64,000 bases of DNA from Clostridiales bacterium. GTDB taxonomy: Bacteria > Bacillota > Clostridia > TANB77 > SIG350. A program made the position numbers and the translations under genes. Under the pieces are notes generated by a model that had not been told where the DNA came from, did no database searches, and was given only the letters and a program-made list of their open reading frames with translations. Positions 38,207 through 48,900 of this stretch are shown one piece after another. How positions within the stretch are numbered: the first letter of the stretch is position 1; each line of letters opens with the position of its first letter. The stretch lies in contig SVGE01000001.1 in the NCBI GenBank assembly GCA_015056545.1, positions 93,906-157,905 on the forward strand, read 5' to 3'.

Positions 38207-41200
38207 TTAGCTAAGTATTTGTAAAAAATCTTTAACTATATCTAATATATATTCTTGTTCATTACTCTTTAATCTTTTTATAATCATATTATTTTCAATT
38301 GAAATTTCAAGTCGGTATTTATCTACTAGTTTAACAATATTATCTCCATTAATGTTATTGTTTTCTCCTATTTTAAAAATCAGCTTATTTTGTTTTTGAG
38401 ATATTTCAAATATACCTAATTTTCTACAAATATTTTTTATTTTAGCAATTTCAATTAAATTTTCTACTTCTATAGGAATACTTCCATATCTATCTACCAT
38501 TTCATCAATTATTTCTAAAATATGCTCATTTTCTGTACATAATGCAATATTCTGGTATACTTCAATTTTTTGATTTTGATTTTCTATATATGTGTCTGGT
38601 ATATATGCAGATATTTTTAAATCTATTTGAATTTCAATATCTTCATATACTGTTTCACCTTTTAATACTTTAACTGCATCATCTAATAATTTACAATACA
38701 TTTCATACCCTATTGCTTCCATATGTCCATGTTGCTCTGAACCTAAAATATTACCAGCTCCTCTTATTTCTAAATCTCTAAGAGCAATTTTAAATCCTGA
38801 ACCAAATTCAGTAAATTCTTTTATTGCTTTTAAACGTTTTTCAGAATTCTCAGATAATAGTTTATTTTTTCTATATGTTATATATGCATATGCTTGTTTG
38901 TCTTTTCTACCTACTCTACCACGTATTTGATAAAGCTGTGCTAATCCCATCTTATCTGCATTTTCAATAATCATAGTATTAGCATTTGGAATATCTAATC
39001 CTGTTTCTACAATTGTAGTACATACTAAAACATCTATTTTCTTTTCACTAAAATCATACATAATATTTTCAAGCTCATTACCTGACATTTGTCCATGTGC
39101 AAATTCTACAACCGCATTTGGTACTAGTTTTTGTATTTCAATTGCTTTTTCTTCAATATCCTCTACTTTATTATATAAATAAAATACTTGACCATTTCTT
39201 TCTAATTCTCTAATTAATGCATCTTGTATTAAATATTTGTCATATTCAAGCACATATGTCTGTACAGGTTTCCTATTATGTGGTGGATCATATATAACAC
39301 TCATGTCTCTAATACCTACAATTGACATATGAAGGGTTCTAGGAATTGGTGTTGCAGTCATAGATAATACATCAATATCTTTTTTTAGTTCTTTTATTTT
39401 TTCCTTATGTGTAACACCAAATCTATGCTCTTCATCAATAATTAAAAAACCTAAATTTTTAAATTCAACATCTTTTTGAATTAATCTATGTGTTCCAATA
39501 ACTATATCTAATTCACCTAATTTTAATTTATTAATTATATCTTGTTGCTCTTTTCTTGTCTTAAACCTATTAAGTACTTCTACTCTAATTCCATATTCTT
39601 TCATTCTTGAATTAAAAGTTTCATATTGTTGTTTAGCAAGTACTGTTGTAGGCACTAGATATGCAACTTGCTTTCCACTCATTACTGCTTTAAATGCTGC
39701 TCTTATTGCAACTTCTGTTTTACCATAACCAACATCACCACAAAGTAATCTTTCCATAGGTCTTTGTTTTTCCATATCTTGTTTAACTTCATTTATACAA
39801 CGTATTTGATCATCTGTTTCTTGATATGGGAAATCATCTTCAAACTGTTTTTGCCAATCTGTATCTGGAAGAAATGCAAAACCTTTTGAATTTTGTCTTT
39901 GTGCATATAGTTCAACTAATTTCCTAGCAACATCTTCAATACTTTTCTTAGCTTTATTTTTAGCTTTTGCCCAATCTTTTGATCCTAATTTATTAAGTTT
40001 AGGAACACCATCATTTAATGCAACATATTTTCTAATTACATCTAATTGAACTGTTGGAACATAAAGCATATCATTATTTTGATATTTAATTTTAACATAA
40101 TCTTTTTTAACACCATTTACATCAATTGTATTAATACCAATAAACTGACCAATACCATATGTAACATGTACAACATAATCATTTGGCGATAAATCTGCTA
40201 AAACAACTTTTTTTGCATCTTTAAACACAGAAGATTTATATTGTCTTTTTTTAGGTATATTTTCTTCATTACTATCACTTAATACTAATAATTTTAAGTC
40301 TCTATATTCATAACTATTAGTATTATATCCAATAGTTATATATATTTTATTTTCATCTAATTTATCTATAAAATCTATTGAATTATATTGTTTTACATTT
40401 AATTCTAAATCTACAAATTCTTTGTAGATATTGCTTGCTTTAACTTTATTTTGAAGTAATATTAAGATCGATTTTCCTTTTCTATATTCTTTTTCCACTT
40501 CCTGAATAAATATATCCATTGAATCACGAAAAAAGTTAACCTCCCTACAATTAAAACTGTATTCTTTTCTTTTTGCAGGCATATTTATATCTAAAGTGTT
40601 TTTTTCTAATCTATTTAGATATATTAATTTTTTCTTTTCTAATATATTAGTAATATATGATAAATCTAATAATTGATAAAAATAATCTGGTACAAATTTA
40701 CCTTTTTCTATTATACTTTTAATTACTTCACCATTTTCAAAAATACTATTATTAATTCTTTGTACTACTCGTTCTGGTTCATCAACAAATATTAACATAT
40801 CTTCTGGTAAATATTCAATTACACTATATGTTTTTTCATACATACAAGAAAAATATTTATCTATTTTATTCAAGTAATTACCATTTTCTATCTCTTCAAT
40901 ATCTGATTCAATCTTTTCCGCTTCTTTTACTGTTAATTTAGTTTTATTTAAATTTTTGATATTTAATATAAATTTATTTACAAAACTTTCATCTAAAATA
41001 TATTCTTCACATGGATATATCTTAACTTCATTTAACATTTCTACTGATAATTGGTTAATTACATTAAATGTTCTAATAGAGTCAATTTCATCGCCCCATA
41101 GTTCAATTCTAATACCAGTTTCTAAATTATTTGGATATACATCAATTATTCCTCCTCTAATACAAAACTGTCCTTTACCTTCAACCATTTCAACTCTTTC

Positions 41201-41686
41201 ATAACCACTTCTTATTAATATACTTTTTATATTTTCTATATTAACTTCTTCACCTTGTTTTAAATAAAGTATACTTGTTTGATAATACTTTTTATCTATA
41301 ACTGGCACAATAACTGCATCTGCTGTAGTAATAAGTATTTTAACTTCATTGTTTGCTAATTTAGATAAAACATAGGCCCTATTTCTTATATTCTCCTTAC
41401 TTCCTGCCTCATAATCATAAACACTTACTTCTTTTTTCCCTAAAAACATAATTTTTTCATTAGTTATTTGTTTTAAGTCTTTAACTAAATTTTTAGCAGA
41501 TATTTCATTTTGAGTAATTACACAAAAAGGCCTTTCATCTGTATAATGTGATGTTGAATATATAAAATGAGATTTTTGAGCATCAGAAAATCCATTTAAT
41601 CCTATTGGATAAATGCTTTTCTTTACATTATTAATATATTCAATATATTTATTCAATTTTGGTAATCTTTCAATAATTGGATTCAT
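38207..41686 (-). CDS. mfd: Transcription-repair coupling factor
   Basis: 1159 aa with the UvrB-homology module, RNAP-interaction domain, DEAH helicase motifs (DEEHRFG) and TRG motif. Confidence 0.9.
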   Translation of the reverse strand: MNPIIERLPKLNKYIEYINNVKKSIYPIGLNGFSDAQKSHFIYSTSHYTDERPFCVITQNEISAKNLVKDLKQITNEKIMFLGKKEVSVYDYEAGSKENIRNRAYVLSKLANNEVKILITTADAVIVPVIDKKYYQTSILYLKQGEEVNIENIKSILIRSGYERVEMVEGKGQFCIRGGIIDVYPNNLETGIRIELWGDEIDSIRTFNVINQLSVEMLNEVKIYPCEEYILDESFVNKFILNIKNLNKTKLTVKEAEKIESDIEEIENGNYLNKIDKYFSCMYEKTYSVIEYLPEDMLIFVDEPERVVQRINNSIFENGEVIKSIIEKGKFVPDYFYQLLDLSYITNILEKKKLIYLNRLEKNTLDINMPAKRKEYSFNCREVNFFRDSMDIFIQEVEKEYRKGKSILILLQNKVKASNIYKEFVDLELNVKQYNSIDFIDKLDENKIYITIGYNTNSYEYRDLKLLVLSDSNEENIPKKRQYKSSVFKDAKKVVLADLSPNDYVVHVTYGIGQFIGINTIDVNGVKKDYVKIKYQNNDMLYVPTVQLDVIRKYVALNDGVPKLNKLGSKDWAKAKNKAKKSIEDVARKLVELYAQRQNSKGFAFLPDTDWQKQFEDDFPYQETDDQIRCINEVKQDMEKQRPMERLLCGDVGYGKTEVAIRAAFKAVMSGKQVAYLVPTTVLAKQQYETFNSRMKEYGIRVEVLNRFKTRKEQQDIINKLKLGELDIVIGTHRLIQKDVEFKNLGFLIIDEEHRFGVTHKEKIKELKKDIDVLSMTATPIPRTLHMSIVGIRDMSVIYDPPHNRKPVQTYVLEYDKYLIQDALIRELERNGQVFYLYNKVEDIEEKAIEIQKLVPNAVVEFAHGQMSGNELENIMYDFSEKKIDVLVCTTIVETGLDIPNANTMIIENADKMGLAQLYQIRGRVGRKDKQAYAYITYRKNKLLSENSEKRLKAIKEFTEFGSGFKIALRDLEIRGAGNILGSEQHGHMEAIGYEMYCKLLDDAVKVLKGETVYEDIEIQIDLKISAYIPDTYIENQNQKIEVYQNIALCTENEHILEIIDEMVDRYGSIPIEVENLIEIAKIKNICRKLGIFEISQKQNKLIFKIGENNNINGDNIVKLVDKYRLEISIENNMIIKRLKSNEQEYILDIVKDFLQILS

Positions 41687-41757
41687 TTTTTCTCCTTATC
41701 AATAAAATATTTAAACATAGCAAAATCCTTGCTTTTTTATTAGCAAGGGTATTACTT

Positions 41758-42495
41758 TTATTTTTGTTTCCATTTAATATATATTTCGCAATTATTTTTA
41801 CTTTCATTATCTTGATTTATATAATACATATATTCAGTATCTGATATTTTTTTCATACAAATATTATATTTATCTGTATATAGTAATTGCTTAATATATT
41901 TAACACTATATTTCTCTAACATATGTGTATCTAAAAAATTACTATCCATAGATTCAATAGCTAATCTTATATATTTTTTGTTATTCATATGCCAATTAGT
42001 ATCAACATCTTTATAATATACAGTTTGTTTAGTTATTTTATCATATTGTTTATCATCTTCAAAATGAATAAACCCTTCATCAGATATATCTCCAACTGTA
42101 TAATATAACTTCATTGTTTCTTCATCAATTTTTATAGGTCTTTTTCTAGAAGTGGAATACATTATCCACTTACTATTAGCATTTGCAATAAGTTTATTAT
42201 CTTTATTATATACTTCATATTTTCTATATGCATATAATCCTTTATTTCCGCAAGACCATGTTCTTACAGTAATATATTCATCTAATTTTGGCAAATCATA
42301 AATATTTACACATTTTTCAATAAGTATCCATACAAACTCTTTTTCCATCATATATTGCACACTACAACCAGTTACTTCTCCATGCATAGATGATGCTTCT
42401 TGCATATAATCTATAATACTATTTGGATTTGCATAACCAGTTTTGTCTATATCTAAATATTTAATTACATATTTATCTTCAAATTTTTCTATCAT
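41758..42495 (-). CDS. Acyl-ACP thioesterase (tandem hotdog)
   Basis: 245 aa with the FatA/B-like double hotdog pattern (...YANPNSIIDYMQEA...TWHMNNKKY). Confidence 0.5.
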   Translation of the reverse strand: MIEKFEDKYVIKYLDIDKTGYANPNSIIDYMQEASSMHGEVTGCSVQYMMEKEFVWILIEKCVNIYDLPKLDEYITVRTWSCGNKGLYAYRKYEVYNKDNKLIANANSKWIMYSTSRKRPIKIDEETMKLYYTVGDISDEGFIHFEDDKQYDKITKQTVYYKDVDTNWHMNNKKYIRLAIESMDSNFLDTHMLEKYSVKYIKQLLYTDKYNICMKKISDTEYMYYINQDNESKNNCEIYIKWKQK

Positions 42496-42531
42496 ATTAC
42501 TTTTTAGGTATATACCTAATTTCCTCCTTTG

Positions 42532-42948
42532 CTATTTAAGATTTATAGTTATATCCATTGTTGTTCCAGAATCTAATTCAGAAGCAATATTTAAAGAATC
42601 TACATTTTCTTGTATAATTCCAAAACCTCTTCCTAAACCGTATCCTTTTTGTTTAATTTCTTCATCTGCTGTTGTATAACCATCAACAAATGCCATACCA
42701 ATATTCTCAATACCTGGTCCTTTGTCTTTAAATCTTGCTTTTAAAATATTATCTTCAAGTATAACTTTTATTTCACCTGATTGAGCATAAAGTTTAATAT
42801 TTTTTTCTGCTTCAAATACAACTTTCTTTATTCTCTCTAAAATACTTTCATCAATCTGATATTCACTTAACATATCCATAATGTGTCTTGTTGCTAATCC
42901 TATATTATCTTTAGTATCAATTATCTCATTATATATTAAAGTTTCCAT
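42532..42948 (-). CDS. GHKL-type anti-sigma-factor-like Ser kinase (RsbW/SpoIIAB-like)
   Basis: 138 aa, ...FEAEKNI...DKGPGIEN...GYGLGRGFGII... Confidence 0.5.
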   Translation of the reverse strand: METLIYNEIIDTKDNIGLATRHIMDMLSEYQIDESILERIKKVVFEAEKNIKLYAQSGEIKVILEDNILKARFKDKGPGIENIGMAFVDGYTTADEEIKQKGYGLGRGFGIIQENVDSLNIASELDSGTTMDITINLK

Positions 42949-43151
42949 TTCTTTCTCCTTAATCTATTATACTTTTTTTCGAATATTTGTATTATATCAT
43001 TTTTTTTATAAAAAGTATATAATTTATTTAAAAATAAATCTTCCTTTAAGTTTTAAAAATTGAATAATGTAGTTTTTTGTGATATAATAACTTCGGTCAA
43101 AAAATATATATTTAATTTTTTAATATTTTATTAAAGGAGGAACATTAAAAT

Positions 43152-44252
43152 ATGAATGAGAAAAAAATAACAAAGATTGTCCTTACAGGTGGTCCATGTG
43201 CTGGTAAAACAACTGCATTATCTCGGATACAAAATTCATTTTCTAAACTTGGATACTATGTAATATTTGTTCCAGAAGCTGCAACTGAATTAATAACTGC
43301 AGGTATATCTCCCACTACTTTAAAAACTAATATGATTTTTCAAAAGTTTTTAATGAAATTGCAATTAGAACATGAAAAATTATATTATGAAGCAGCTAAA
43401 TATGTTGAAGGATTTGATAAAATTTTACTTGTTTGTGACAGAGGTCTTATGGATAGTAAGGCATATATGATAGAGGGTGATTTTTATCAGGCACTTGCAC
43501 ATCTTTATCTTCACATAACAGAAGCAAGAGATGAATATGATGCAGTTTTTCATTTAGTTACTGCTGCTAAAGGTGCTGAAGAGTTTTATACTTTAAGTAA
43601 TAATAAAGCAAGAACTGAATCTATTGACAAAGCAAGATATTTAGATAATAAGCTTATATCTACTTGGACAGGTCACCCACATCTTCGAGTAATAGATAAT
43701 TCAACTGATTTTGAAAATAAAATGAAAAGATTAATATGTGAAATCTCTTCATTTTTGGGTGAGCCTCAGCCATATGAAATTGAAAGAAAATTTTTAATTT
43801 CATATCCTAATATTTCTATCCTTGAAAACAATTCAAATTGCAGACGTATTGAAATAATTCAAACATATTTAAAATCAGATAATGAGGATGAAATAAGAGT
43901 ACGTCAACGTGGTGAAAACGGTCATTATATTTATTATAAAACCATAAAAAGAAAAGTTACAGACACCAAAAGAATTGAACTCGAAGAAAGACTTTCAAAA
44001 GATGAATATCTTACACTATTAATGGATGCAGATACGAATAAAAGACAAATACGAAAAACAAGGTATTGTCTTACTTTTGAAAATCAGTATTTTGAAATTG
44101 ATATTTATCCATTTTGGAACGATAAAGCTATAATTGAAATTGAGCTAAGCAATGAAAATGAAAAAATAGTTTTCCCTGAATGGGTAGAAATTATAAAAGA
44201 AGTTACTGATGATGATAATTATAAAAATGCATCTTTAGCTAAAATTAATTAG
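43152..44252 (+). CDS. P-loop ATPase fused to a CYTH (triphosphate tunnel) domain
   Basis: Walker A TGGPCAGKTT and D-box LVCDRG in the N-terminal half. The C-terminal half has EIERKFL...RVRQRGENGHYIYYKTIKRK...EIELSNE CYTH-like motifs. Confidence 0.6.
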   Translation: MNEKKITKIVLTGGPCAGKTTALSRIQNSFSKLGYYVIFVPEAATELITAGISPTTLKTNMIFQKFLMKLQLEHEKLYYEAAKYVEGFDKILLVCDRGLMDSKAYMIEGDFYQALAHLYLHITEARDEYDAVFHLVTAAKGAEEFYTLSNNKARTESIDKARYLDNKLISTWTGHPHLRVIDNSTDFENKMKRLICEISSFLGEPQPYEIERKFLISYPNISILENNSNCRRIEIIQTYLKSDNEDEIRVRQRGENGHYIYYKTIKRKVTDTKRIELEERLSKDEYLTLLMDADTNKRQIRKTRYCLTFENQYFEIDIYPFWNDKAIIEIELSNENEKIVFPEWVEIIKEVTDDDNYKNASLAKIN

Positions 44253-44263
44253 TATTTTAAAAT

Positions 44264-44297
44264 AAAAACTCTTGAGTCTATATATTGATTCAAGAGT
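44264..44297. terminator. Bidirectional terminator
   Basis: aaaactcttgagtc-tatatattgat-tcaagagtttt. Confidence 0.6.
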
Positions 44298-44319
44298 TTT
44301 TATTTTAAATTTAATTATT

Positions 44320-44556
44320 TCAATATGTTTTTTTCATTTTTATTTCTTTAATTTTGGCATGTATAAAATAAGGCACATTAAATATACATGCCATACCAGC
44401 ACCTGCCATCAGATTAAATATAAACTGACTTTGAATTTTAAATAATAGTATACCTGATATTATTGTTATAACCAAAAAAGTTAAAACAATTCTTTTAAAT
44501 CCTTCTACCCTTATTTCACAAAGCTTTAATTCTAATTCGCGTTCCATATTAAACAT
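44320..44556 (-). CDS. Small membrane protein (78 aa)
   Basis: Two TM helices. Confidence 0.3.
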   Translation of the reverse strand: MFNMERELELKLCEIRVEGFKRIVLTFLVITIISGILLFKIQSQFIFNLMAGAGMACIFNVPYFIHAKIKEIKMKKTY

Positions 44557-44628
44557 CCTCTCATAAAATTTTTAAAAGATTATATTATATTAATTTTTAT
44601 GATATTATAACATCTTTTAAATTAACTT

Positions 44629-45903
44629 TCAACTATTTATAATTTCATTTTCAATATTAATTAACCTGTTATATTTAGCAGTTCTTTCACTTCTACAAGG
44701 AGCTCCTGCTTTAATAAACATACTATTTGTTGCAACTGCTAAATCTGCAATTGTAGTATCTTCTGTTTCACCAGATCTATGTGACATTACTACTTTATAC
44801 CCATTCATTTTTGCAACTTGAATTGTATTTAACGTTTCTGTAAGTGTTCCAATTTGATTAGGTTTTATTAAAATACTATTTGCAACACCTAACTCTATTC
44901 CTTTTTTTAACCTTTCTATATTTGTTACAAATAAATCATCACCAACTAACATTATTTTATTTTTCAATCTATCACTAAGTATCTTCCAACCTATCCAGTC
45001 TTCTTCTGATAGTCCATCTTCTATAGATATAATTGGGTATTTATTTACTAATTCGCATAAATAATCTATCATTTCATCTCTAGTTTTTACCTCATTATTT
45101 TTCCAAAAAAGATAATTACCTTGTTTATCTATACTTTTTGCTTCTTCATGCATCTCTGTTGCTGCAACATCTAATGCTAACATAAAATCTTTTCCCGTTT
45201 CATATCCTGCTTTTTCTATTGCTTCTATGATTAATTCAATTGCTTGTTCATCATTTTTTAAATTTGGTGCAAAACCACCTTCATCACCTATTCCAGTTGA
45301 ATATCCTCTCTCCTTTAATATTTTTTTTAAGCAATGATACACTTCACTGCACATTTGAAGACGTAATTGAAAAGTAGTGTCAAGTATAGGAACTATCATA
45401 AATTCCTGAATATTTATACTACTATTTGCATGTCTTCCACCATTTAGAATATTCATCATTGGTATTGGTAATATTTTCGCATTAATACCGCCTATATATT
45501 CATATAGTGGCAAATTTAAACTATTGGCTGCTGCTTTTGCAACTGCTAGTGATACACCTAAAATACTATTTGCACCTAATTTAGATTTATTTACAGTTCC
45601 ATCTAACCTAATCATAAAGTTATCTATTTCTTTTTGATTATATACATTTAGATATTTAAGTTCAGGTCCAATAATATCATTTACATTATTAACTGCTTTT
45701 AAAACACCTTTTCCATTATATCTATTTTCTTGATTATCTCTTAACTCAACTGCTTCAAAACTTCCTGTTGAAGCACCTGATGGAACCATAGATATTCCTT
45801 CTGTTCCATCCTCTAAAATGACAGTTACTTGCAATGTTGGATTTCCTCTTGAATCTAATATTTCTGTTGCAAATACTTCTTCAATTTCTAAAATTTTTTT
45901 CAT
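44629..45903 (-). CDS. eno: Enolase
   Basis: Start at [23 protein letters not shown], preceded by the SD ggaggtg; the rest of the sequence is canonical enolase. Confidence 0.95.
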   Translation of the reverse strand: MKKILEIEEVFATEILDSRGNPTLQVTVILEDGTEGISMVPSGASTGSFEAVELRDNQENRYNGKGVLKAVNNVNDIIGPELKYLNVYNQKEIDNFMIRLDGTVNKSKLGANSILGVSLAVAKAAANSLNLPLYEYIGGINAKILPIPMMNILNGGRHANSSINIQEFMIVPILDTTFQLRLQMCSEVYHCLKKILKERGYSTGIGDEGGFAPNLKNDEQAIELIIEAIEKAGYETGKDFMLALDVAATEMHEEAKSIDKQGNYLFWKNNEVKTRDEMIDYLCELVNKYPIISIEDGLSEEDWIGWKILSDRLKNKIMLVGDDLFVTNIERLKKGIELGVANSILIKPNQIGTLTETLNTIQVAKMNGYKVVMSHRSGETEDTTIADLAVATNSMFIKAGAPCRSERTAKYNRLINIENEIINS

Positions 45904-45959
45904 AAAAAACACCTCCATAAATATTAGTTATTATTTCCAATATTTATGAAGGTTATACT

Positions 45960-46847
45960 TTACATTAATTTAATTTCATTTATCCATCCTTCTATTATAC
46001 TGTTCTCCATTCTTAAATTTCCTAATCCTTTTCCAATTATATATCCTTTTTTACTAGAATTTTCTCCATGAAAATCTGTTCCACCAGATTTAAGTAAACA
46101 ATTTTTATCACAAAAGTTGTTTATTTCGTGTGTTTGCATATCTGTAAATTTTGTATAGTAACATTCTAAGCCATCCAAATCATATGTGATTATTATTTCT
46201 TCAAGTTCGCTTGCAACATATGGAGCATATATATATGTATGTGCAAGAAATGCTAAACCACCTGCATTGTGTATTTCTTTAATAACTTTTTTCATATCTG
46301 GATAAAAATCACTTGATTCCAAAAACAATTTGCTTTTATATGAATTTGTTTCATTTCTTAAAAATCTTGTAAAATTTTCTTTATTTTCAATATCTAAAAG
46401 AAATCTATCATTTTCCGGATATTTAATAAATTCATTATAAAATGCTTTATTAAAATTATTTCCACCCATATTTTTTAATACTTCTTCTTCATTAAAAATT
46501 ATTCCTAATTCATGATATTTTTTAAGAAAAATTGGTATTTTTTCTTTAAGAGGAGTTTTCTTAAAATCATCTCTTTTAAGTACTTCATTCATATATTTAT
46601 AATCTATACCATAACCCAATACTTCTACTACTCCACCTTTATATGTTGTAGTAAATTCAGCACCTGAAATAATCTTTCCAGAAAATACTTGTCTAATGTT
46701 TTTATCTTCTAAATCAAAATATGATTTAACACAATCATGGTCTGTTATTGAAATATAATCCATTTTTTCTTTTTCTGCTAATTTAAGCAATTCTTCTGTT
46801 GTATTTGTTCCATCTGAATAATGTGTATGCATATGTAAATCTATCAT
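45960..46847 (-). CDS. PHP-domain phosphoesterase
   Basis: MIDLHMHTHYSDG...ISITDHD PHP motifs. Confidence 0.7.
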   Translation of the reverse strand: MIDLHMHTHYSDGTNTTEELLKLAEKEKMDYISITDHDCVKSYFDLEDKNIRQVFSGKIISGAEFTTTYKGGVVEVLGYGIDYKYMNEVLKRDDFKKTPLKEKIPIFLKKYHELGIIFNEEEVLKNMGGNNFNKAFYNEFIKYPENDRFLLDIENKENFTRFLRNETNSYKSKLFLESSDFYPDMKKVIKEIHNAGGLAFLAHTYIYAPYVASELEEIIITYDLDGLECYYTKFTDMQTHEINNFCDKNCLLKSGGTDFHGENSSKKGYIIGKGLGNLRMENSIIEGWINEIKLM

Positions 46848-46856
46848 TCTTTCCTC

Positions 46857-47195
46857 CTAAATTAACTCAAACCTAATACCTAAAACATTATATTCAGCTT
46901 GTTTTTCTTTTGAATAATATTTTTCTAAATCTTTTAATACATCTTGTTTCTTTTCACTTTTGTCTGCTAAAATACTAATATCAAAATCTTTAAATAAGTC
47001 TTCAAAACAGCTGTATTTCAAAAGGCCTATTACTTTTACTGTAAAAGATTCATCTAAATTAGGTTCTTTTAAAATTTCTATTTCATCTCCTATTTTAATT
47101 AATTGTCTTTTTTCATCATTTAATCTAAGTTCTATTCTTTTTGCTCCATTTTTAACATAATCAAAATACTTTGGTTGTAATTTTATTGTCATCAT
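46857..47195 (-). CDS. ASCH-domain protein
   Basis: 112 aa, ...KNGAKRIELRLNDEKR... PUA-like ASCH pattern. Confidence 0.45.
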   Translation of the reverse strand: MMTIKLQPKYFDYVKNGAKRIELRLNDEKRQLIKIGDEIEILKEPNLDESFTVKVIGLLKYSCFEDLFKDFDISILADKSEKKQDVLKDLEKYYSKEKQAEYNVLGIRFELI

Positions 47196-47720
47196 TTAAT
47201 TCACCTCTATATCTTTCTTTTTTATATCAAATCTATATATTGCAATAAGTCCACTTATCAATTCAAATATGCTTCCAATTAGTATAACATATGCACCAAC
47301 ATTAAAATTAAATATAATCCACAAACATGCAATTAAACAAGTAAGTATCCTAAATATTCTCAAATCTTTTTGCCATATAGCATATGTATATAGTATTGTT
47401 GCTATAATTGGAATAAGACTAGATATATTTGTATACGTAAATATTCCTATTAATACAATACATAAAATTAATATACTAAACAATACTTTAGGTGTAGTTG
47501 TATTTTTCTTTTTTTCATAATAGAAAAATATTATACAGCGTATAAGCGAAACTAAACTCATTAATCCTGCAGATAATGAATTTAGTAATATATATTGCAA
47601 ACCATAAAATAAATTTGCAAAAATCTGAAAAAACAGAACTATACCTTTTTTATTATTTTGCAAACTGGTTACTAAAAAAACTAATCCTATAAAACCTATT
47701 ATTTGTGGTATATAATTCAT
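47196..47720 (-). CDS. YgjV-like inner-membrane protein
   Basis: 174 aa with 5 TM helices in the periodic hydrophobic pattern of the YgjV family. Confidence 0.4.
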   Translation of the reverse strand: MNYIPQIIGFIGLVFLVTSLQNNKKGIVLFFQIFANLFYGLQYILLNSLSAGLMSLVSLIRCIIFFYYEKKKNTTTPKVLFSILILCIVLIGIFTYTNISSLIPIIATILYTYAIWQKDLRIFRILTCLIACLWIIFNFNVGAYVILIGSIFELISGLIAIYRFDIKKKDIEVN

Positions 47721-47741
47721 AAAATTTTCTCCTTTGTTTTT

Positions 47742-47817
47742 TGGTTGGGGTACTAGGATTCGAACCTAGGAAATGCCTGAGTCAGAGTCAGGTGCCTTAC
47801 CACTTGGCGATACCCCA
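47742..47817 (-). tRNA. tRNA-Gln (anticodon CUG), CCA encoded
   Basis: Minus-strand sequence UGGGGUAUCGCCAAGUGGUAAGGCACCUGACUCUGACUCAGGCAUUUCCUAGGUUCGAAUCCUAGUACCCCAACCA. It folds as a cloverleaf with a U1-A72 pair, anticodon loop C-U-CUG-A-C and a GGUUCGAAUCC T-arm. Confidence 0.85.
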
Positions 47818-47880
47818 ATATGTAAATATACTAGCACATTTTTATCAAATATACTAGTATATTATTAATAAATTTATTTT

Positions 47881-48879
47881 TTATTTCATTGCTTCTTCTA
47901 CAGCAACTGCAACTGCAACTGTTGCACCAACCATTGGGTTATTCCCCATACCTATTAATCCCATCATTTCAACATGTGCTGGAACTGATGAAGATCCTGC
48001 AAATTGTGCATCTGAATGCATTCTTCCCATTGTATCAGTCATACCATATGAAGCAGGACCTGCTGCCATATTGTCTGGGTGAAGTGTTCTACCTGTTCCA
48101 CCACCTGATGCAACTGAAAAATATTTTTTACCTTGTTCAATACATTCTTTTTTATATGTACCTGCAACTGGATGTTGGAATCTAGTTGGGTTTGTTGAAT
48201 TACCAGTAATTGATACATCAACACCTTCTAAGTGCATTATTGCAACACCTTCTCTTACATCATTTGCACCATAACATCTTACTTTTGCTCTTTCTCCATT
48301 TGAATAAGCTTTTTCTCTTACCACATTTACTTTACCTGTGAAGAAATCAAAATCTGTTTCAACATAAGTAAATCCATTTATTCTTGAAATAACTTGAGCC
48401 GCATCTTTTCCTAAACCGTTTAATATAACTCTCAAAGGTTCTTGTCTAACTTTATTTGCTGATTTAGCTATACCAATAGCACCTTCTGCTGCTGCAAATG
48501 ATTCATGTCCTGCTAAGAATGCAAAACATTTAGTTTCTTCAGATAAAAGCATTGATGCTAAGTTACCATGTCCTAAACCAACTTTTCTATCATCTGCAAC
48601 TGATCCTGGTATACAAAAAGCTTGAAGTCCTTCTCCTATTGCTTTAGCAGCATCTGCAGCTTTTATGCAACCTTTTTTAATCGCAATGGCTGCACCTACA
48701 GTATATGCCCAACATGCATTTTCAAAACATATTGGTTGAATTTCTTTTACTATTTGATAAGGTCTAAAACCTTTTTCTTCACATATTGTTTTAGCTTCTT
48801 CTAAATCTTTAATACCATATTTATTTAATACAGGTATAATTTGATCTATTCTTCTTTCATAACTTTCAAATAATGCCAT
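47881..48879 (-). CDS. GGGtGRT-family protein
   Basis: 332 aa containing the SGGGTGRT motif; local GC is clearly higher than the neighbours. Confidence 0.7.
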   Translation of the reverse strand: MALFESYERRIDQIIPVLNKYGIKDLEEAKTICEEKGFRPYQIVKEIQPICFENACWAYTVGAAIAIKKGCIKAADAAKAIGEGLQAFCIPGSVADDRKVGLGHGNLASMLLSEETKCFAFLAGHESFAAAEGAIGIAKSANKVRQEPLRVILNGLGKDAAQVISRINGFTYVETDFDFFTGKVNVVREKAYSNGERAKVRCYGANDVREGVAIMHLEGVDVSITGNSTNPTRFQHPVAGTYKKECIEQGKKYFSVASGGGTGRTLHPDNMAAGPASYGMTDTMGRMHSDAQFAGSSSVPAHVEMMGLIGMGNNPMVGATVAVAVAVEEAMK

Positions 48880-48900
48880 TTTTATTCCTCCTTTATAGTA

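Noticed and set aside
41722-41745. Hairpin ccttgct-tttttatta-agcaagg between mfd and the thioesterase gene as a terminator
   Set aside because: The T run is on the plus strand while both flanking genes are on the minus strand. It was left unannotated because its orientation does not match.
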